DNA of 62,427 nt, filler included. It is 4 parts of 4 records of this genome, joined end to end, with 100 filler letters (N's around TTAATTAATTAA, not from the genome) between each part and the next. Parts side by side here need not be neighbours in the genome. Positions count along the whole stretch, not along the records: positions 54,040 to 62,427 come from SRR31156797_6285; 3 more parts are not named here. The stretch is one strand, 5' to 3'. This document shows positions 58,114-62,427 of this stretch, piece after piece (position 1 is the first letter of the stretch; every line of letters begins with the position of its first letter). Position numbers and translations under genes: made by a program. The notes beneath the pieces are model-generated. The model saw nothing but the letters and a program-made list of their open reading frames with translations. It made no database searches and was not told the DNA's origin.

Positions 58114-58479
58114 TCGTTTAATCAGGTTTTATCACAAACTTATATAATTTTTTGTTTTTGTTAAACCTGTTGAAATTTAATTGTATAGAATTTCTCTAAA
58201 AAGCATTTTAAATTACTGTTTAGTATACGCTTTTTTATATCGTACAAATACTTCTCTGTTTTGCGAATAATGAGTTAAACATATTTGATAGCATTCCGCT
58301 GTTTTTATCTTGTTCAAAACAAGGCTACTAGGAGTTATTATACTTATTAAAAAAATTAAGAATTACGCTGTTCTTAGATCAAAACTTCATACACAAATGT
58401 CAATTGTTCAGCTAAATTTCTAAATTTGGAGTCAATTATTTTTTTATCGGACTTTATTTAGTAAATCGACAAACCTAAT

Positions 58480-59085
58480 ATGGATAACCTGAATTCTGAG
58501 AATTTATGGATTAAATTTAAGAACGGAGACCTCGATGCTTTAGCTATACTATTTCGGAATTATGCTGATGATTTGTATTGCTACGGACTAAAAATTGTTA
58601 ATGATGAAAGTCTCGTTAAAGATTGTTTGCAAGAAGTATTTATTCAGCTTGTAAATAAACGTAAGCACATTAAGATTACTTCTACCACTCATATTTATTT
58701 ATTTAAAACATTACGCAATAAATTGCTAGAGGAGCTAAGGTCGCGTAACCGAAAGCAAACCATTCTGGGAAACCTGGCTGAAACGGATACGAATATTTCG
58801 AAAAGTGCCGAGCATAAAATCATTAAGGATGAAGAAAGATTGAGTATTCATAAAAAGCTTACTGAAGCGTTGGGTGGACTAACGGAGCGTCAGAAAGAAA
58901 TCATTTACCTAAAATATACGAAAGAGTTTAATCATGCTGAGATAGCAGAGTTACTTCAAATTGATCAGGCTTCGGTGAGAAAGCTGTTGTATCGCGCTTT
59001 AAAAAGTCTCAGGGATAAAATTAAAACTCAGAATATAATACTGATAACAATTCTGCTAAAAAATGATATGTTTGTAAGGGGTTGA
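58480..59085 (+). CDS. ECF sigma-70 factor
   Basis: KDCLQEVF and LTERQKEIIYL...EIAELL. Confidence 0.92.
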   Translation: MDNLNSENLWIKFKNGDLDALAILFRNYADDLYCYGLKIVNDESLVKDCLQEVFIQLVNKRKHIKITSTTHIYLFKTLRNKLLEELRSRNRKQTILGNLAETDTNISKSAEHKIIKDEERLSIHKKLTEALGGLTERQKEIIYLKYTKEFNHAEIAELLQIDQASVRKLLYRALKSLRDKIKTQNIILITILLKNDMFVRG

Positions 59086-59181
59086 TTGATAGTGGAATGT
59101 GTGTTTTTTGTTAAAAAAATGCATTTTTACTGTCCACATTTTTATATATCAGTCATTTGTTAGTAGTTATAAAAATGTGAG

Positions 59182-60387
59182 ATGGCAAAAAACACAAATA
59201 CTGATTTTGTTTCACTGGTTACCGATGAGGACTTCATAAAATCTGTTAAGACCTCAACTAATCATAAGAAGTTAATTAATGAGTTACTTCTAAAGTACCC
59301 AGAGGAAAAACATCAAACAATTAAATATGCAGTTGAATTTATTGTTTCCAACTCTAAAGGTGGGATAAAGTTAAAATCAGAAGATTTTAACAAAATTCTG
59401 AATTCCTTATTATCTCATGCCAGCTCTTCAACACGAACCAAATCAAGAAAGATAATACTGAACGTATTGTGGAAAGCTGCTGCGGTTATCTTTTTAGTTT
59501 CGGTTGGAGGTAAAATTTTATACAATCAATTTGCGACAAATCCTTTGGAACAATTTGCAATTAGTGAGGTGGAAAATAACGATAGGGGTGTAATTGTTTT
59601 ATCAGATGGTTCAGAGCAAATATTACAAAACAATGATTCCTATATTGAATACAATAACCAGGAAGACGCAATTATTGTAAGCAAAGAAAACGAACAACCG
59701 GAAAAAATTGAAAAACCAGAGAACGAGAAGTTACTGAACCAAATAATTGTACCCTATGGGCAAACTCATACTGTTGCCTTAAGCGATGGTACTGTTGTGA
59801 AACTTAATGCCGGAAGTAGACTGACGTTTCCAGGTAGTTTTCACGGTCGTACAAGAGAGGTTTATTTAAAAGGAGAAGGATTTTTTGACGTAAAGGAAAA
59901 CAAAGAGAAACCATTTAAGGTACTTACCGAACATCTTAATGTTGAGGTACTGGGAACCAAATTCAACGTTACAGCTTACAATGATGAAGATAAGGTTACA
60001 GCCATATTGGTTGAGGGAAGTGTTAAAGTATCTCAAAAGAATAAGGTATTTAAAAACGACGAGTTTGTAATAAGCCCGGGGCAAGGCTGTTTTTATTCTA
60101 TAATTAATGAAAAATCAACGGTGCAAGAAGTTGATGTAAACAATTACATTTCGTGGAAAGATGGAAGGTTTACGTTTAAGGATATGCCATTGTTGGAAAT
60201 TGCCAATCGCCTGAAAAAATATTATGATAAAACAATTGATATTGAGAATGAGTTTTTGGCTAACACTAAAGTCACCGGGAAACTCATGTTATCTGATGAT
60301 TTTATGGAAGTACTGCACTCGCTCTCTATTACCGTAGAGGGGAGGTACGAAATAAAAGAAAATGGAAACTACTTAATAACGCATTAA
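59182..60387 (+). CDS. FecR-family anti-sigma factor
   Basis: Single TM; LSDGTVVKLNAGS, GEGFFDV, LGTKFNV and SWKDG. Confidence 0.93.
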   Translation: MAKNTNTDFVSLVTDEDFIKSVKTSTNHKKLINELLLKYPEEKHQTIKYAVEFIVSNSKGGIKLKSEDFNKILNSLLSHASSSTRTKSRKIILNVLWKAAAVIFLVSVGGKILYNQFATNPLEQFAISEVENNDRGVIVLSDGSEQILQNNDSYIEYNNQEDAIIVSKENEQPEKIEKPENEKLLNQIIVPYGQTHTVALSDGTVVKLNAGSRLTFPGSFHGRTREVYLKGEGFFDVKENKEKPFKVLTEHLNVEVLGTKFNVTAYNDEDKVTAILVEGSVKVSQKNKVFKNDEFVISPGQGCFYSIINEKSTVQEVDVNNYISWKDGRFTFKDMPLLEIANRLKKYYDKTIDIENEFLANTKVTGKLMLSDDFMEVLHSLSITVEGRYEIKENGNYLITH

Positions 60388-60443
60388 TTAAATCTATGTC
60401 AAACAAAACTAAATCAACATATGAATAAAACTTAAGAACTAAA

Positions 60444-60513
60444 CAAAAAAATACCGATGGTATGCGGCAACATCCATCGGTAAAAACGACAAAATCGAGT
60501 TATCAATTTTAAT
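60444..60513 (-). ncRNA. Candidate cis-antisense sRNA (DonS-like); ends approximate
   Basis: TACATTTG on the minus strand (60526-60519) over the susC ATG; stem TACCGATGG/CCATCGGTA (60452-60482) followed by T7 on the minus strand. Confidence 0.55.
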
Positions 60514-60525
60514 CTCTGCAAATGT

Positions 60526-62427
60526 ATGAAAAAAAACATATCTAAGGAAGTACCTATTGGGAATTTCCTGAGAAGAATCTATAGAATAATGAAACTAACA
60601 ACATTATTAATTATTTTAGGTTTAGTAAGTTCGTATGCTTCTTCTTATTCCCAGTCAGTAAAACTAAATTTAAATTTAAAAGATGTAACCATCATCGACG
60701 TTCTTGAACAAATTGAAGAACAAAGTGAATTCGTATTTATTTATAAAAGTGAAGTTTTCGAAAACGCAGACAAGATAATCAGTCTTTCTTCGGATAAAAT
60801 AAATAAAAATGAAGAGATCGCAATAGAACAACTTTTAAAGGAAGTATTTAAAGATACAGGTGTTAAATACAAGATTATTCAGAAACAGATTATTCTTACA
60901 CCTGATCGTTCAATTCCTCAAAAAACAATAAAACAAGTAGAACCAGAATCGGATTCGGAACAAAAAGAAAAGTCTGTAAAAGGTAGTGTTAAGGATAAAA
61001 GTGGAAATCCGATTCCTGGGGCTACTGTTATTGTAAAAGGAACAACGATAGGTATAGTGACTAATTTCGAAGGTGATTATACACTTGTCGGTATTCCTGA
61101 AAATTCTACCCTCGTTTTTTCGTTCGTGGGAATGAAAAAGCGGGAAATTGCGGTAGGTGATAAGGAAATTATTAATGCAATACTGGAAGAAGCAACTGTT
61201 GGTATTGAGGAAGTAGTTGCAGTGGGATATGGAATCCAGAAAAAACAAAGTGTTGTTGGTTCAATTTCGCAGGTTGAAAGTGAAGCTTTAAAACAGGCAG
61301 GAAATGTAACTGACTTAAAACAGGCCCTTACCGGTCAAATTCCGGGATTGGCAACGATAACATCTTCTGGCGAACCGGGTGGAACACGCAGGGGAGAGAG
61401 TGCTACCGATTTATACATCCGTGGACAAACAACCTGGAACGGCGGGCAGCCATTAATTCTGGTGGATGGTGTTGAGCGTGAAATGCACAATATTGAAGTA
61501 AGTGAGGTAGAAAGTATTTCAGTTTTAAAAGATGCATCGGCAACGGCGGTGTTTGGAGTAAAAGGAGCCAACGGTGTTATCCTTATTACAACAAAAAGAG
61601 GAAAGGAAGGAAAAGCTCAATTTTCGGTAAGTTATGTGGCGTCAGGGCAAATGTTGTCAAAAATTCCTGACAAGATGGACTCTTACAATGCTTTATTGGT
61701 GAAGAATGAGGCAATTGAAAGAGAAGTTTCGATAAATGAAACTTCGTGGAACGATTATTTAGCATATCGAATTGTGCAGCGTTATCAGCAACCACAATCA
61801 GACGAATATGCAATTATTTACCCCAATGTTGATTGGGCTGATGCCATGTTTAAAGACGTTGGTTTTTCGCATAAGGCAACAATAAACACATCAGGAGGAT
61901 CAAAATTTGTAAGCTATTTCGCATCTCTTTCCTATCTTCATGAAGGGGATATGTTTGAAGATTATGACAATGGTAAAGGATATGATCCAAACTATAATTT
62001 TAACCGATTCAACTTCAGGAGTAATCTTGATTTTAACATAACCAAATCAACTAAACTTTCATTAAACCTTTCGGGGTATTATGCACAAAAGAATACCAAC
62101 TGGTCGCGAGAAAGCAGTGGGGTTAACGAAGGTGTTATGTGGTCGGCAATTACATACATGGCTCCCGACTTGTATTTACCACAGTACGAAGATGGACGTT
62201 GGGGATTCTCTTCTGTTACAACGCGCGAAAACCCTATTGCCACACTTTATAATATGGGGATTCGGGAAACTTATATTACAGAGTTAAATTCGGATTTAAA
62301 AATTGAGCAGAAGCTCGATTTTATAACAAAGGGGCTCTCTGCTAAATTTTCAGTAGCATTCGACTCAAACATGAGTTCTGAAGGTGGTTTGTACGATGTA
62401 GCAAATAGTACTGCGAACAGACCAGAT
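60526..62427 (+). CDS. SusC/RagA TonB-dependent transducer (runs off the window; absent from the ORF track)
   Basis: Manual translation: MKKNISK...MKLTTLLIILG...IEEQSEFVFIY...EEVVAVGYG...LKDASATAVFGVKGANGVILITTKRG. Confidence 0.93.
   Translation, partial: MKKNISKEVPIGNFLRRIYRIMKLTTLLIILGLVSSYASSYSQSVKLNLNLKDVTIIDVLEQIEEQSEFVFIYKSEVFENADKIISLSSDKINKNEEIAIEQLLKEVFKDTGVKYKIIQKQIILTPDRSIPQKTIKQVEPESDSEQKEKSVKGSVKDKSGNPIPGATVIVKGTTIGIVTNFEGDYTLVGIPENSTLVFSFVGMKKREIAVGDKEIINAILEEATVGIEEVVAVGYGIQKKQSVVGSISQVESEALKQAGNVTDLKQALTGQIPGLATITSSGEPGGTRRGESATDLYIRGQTTWNGGQPLILVDGVEREMHNIEVSEVESISVLKDASATAVFGVKGANGVILITTKRGKEGKAQFSVSYVASGQMLSKIPDKMDSYNALLVKNEAIEREVSINETSWNDYLAYRIVQRYQQPQSDEYAIIYPNVDWADAMFKDVGFSHKATINTSGGSKFVSYFASLSYLHEGDMFEDYDNGKGYDPNYNFNRFNFRSNLDFNITKSTKLSLNLSGYYAQKNTNWSRESSGVNEGVMWSAITYMAPDLYLPQYEDGRWGFSSVTTRENPIATLYNMGIRETYITELNSDLKIEQKLDFITKGLSAKFSVAFDSNMSSEGGLYDVANSTANRPD

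Noticed and set aside
1-62427. CRISPR arrays, tRNA or rRNA genes
   Set aside because: None recognised by eye; a tRNAscan or CRISPR scan would be needed to exclude them formally.

Overview
This window is four unrelated contigs joined by artificial N-TTAATTAATTAA-N linkers (14014-14113, 44844-44943, 53940-54039), so gene context must not be read across the gaps. Taxonomic guesses come from recalled protein resemblance only. Contig 1 (1-14013; low GC, possibly Fusobacteriota-like) carries a group II intron with an RT/maturase that lacks the endonuclease domain. The intron is inserted 11 nt after the GTT core of an attC-like palindrome, downstream of a GH13 gene and a broken integron-integrase-like tyrosine recombinase. 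The rest of contig 1 encodes caspase-FGE, TAXI, pyrophosphatase, Ntn-hydrolase, IgaA-like, kinase and acyl-CoA synthetase proteins. Contig 2 (14114-44843; Campylobacterota, Arcobacteraceae-like) has housekeeping genes (clpB with CIRCE and HAIR operators, dapA, pyrD, murJ). It also has a defence island: type I RM with a C-terminally extended HsdS, an ABC ATPase and HNH nuclease (PtuAB/Septu-like), an Abi HEPN protein and RhuM. A TonB-ExbBD/two-receptor/NosL-fusion locus follows, whose five promoters share one direct-repeat box. Contig 3 (44944-53939; Bacteroidota) has CotH, VTC, DUF4956, DUF2490, a LytS/LytTR pair with candidate boxes, and a ferredoxin-cytochrome b-Tat flavoprotein operon interrupted by one in-frame TAG. 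Contig 4 (54040-62427; Bacteroidota) has two divergent ECF sigma-FecR-SusC units, each with a DonS-like antisense sRNA signature. All calls are from reading motifs by eye; no searches were run.
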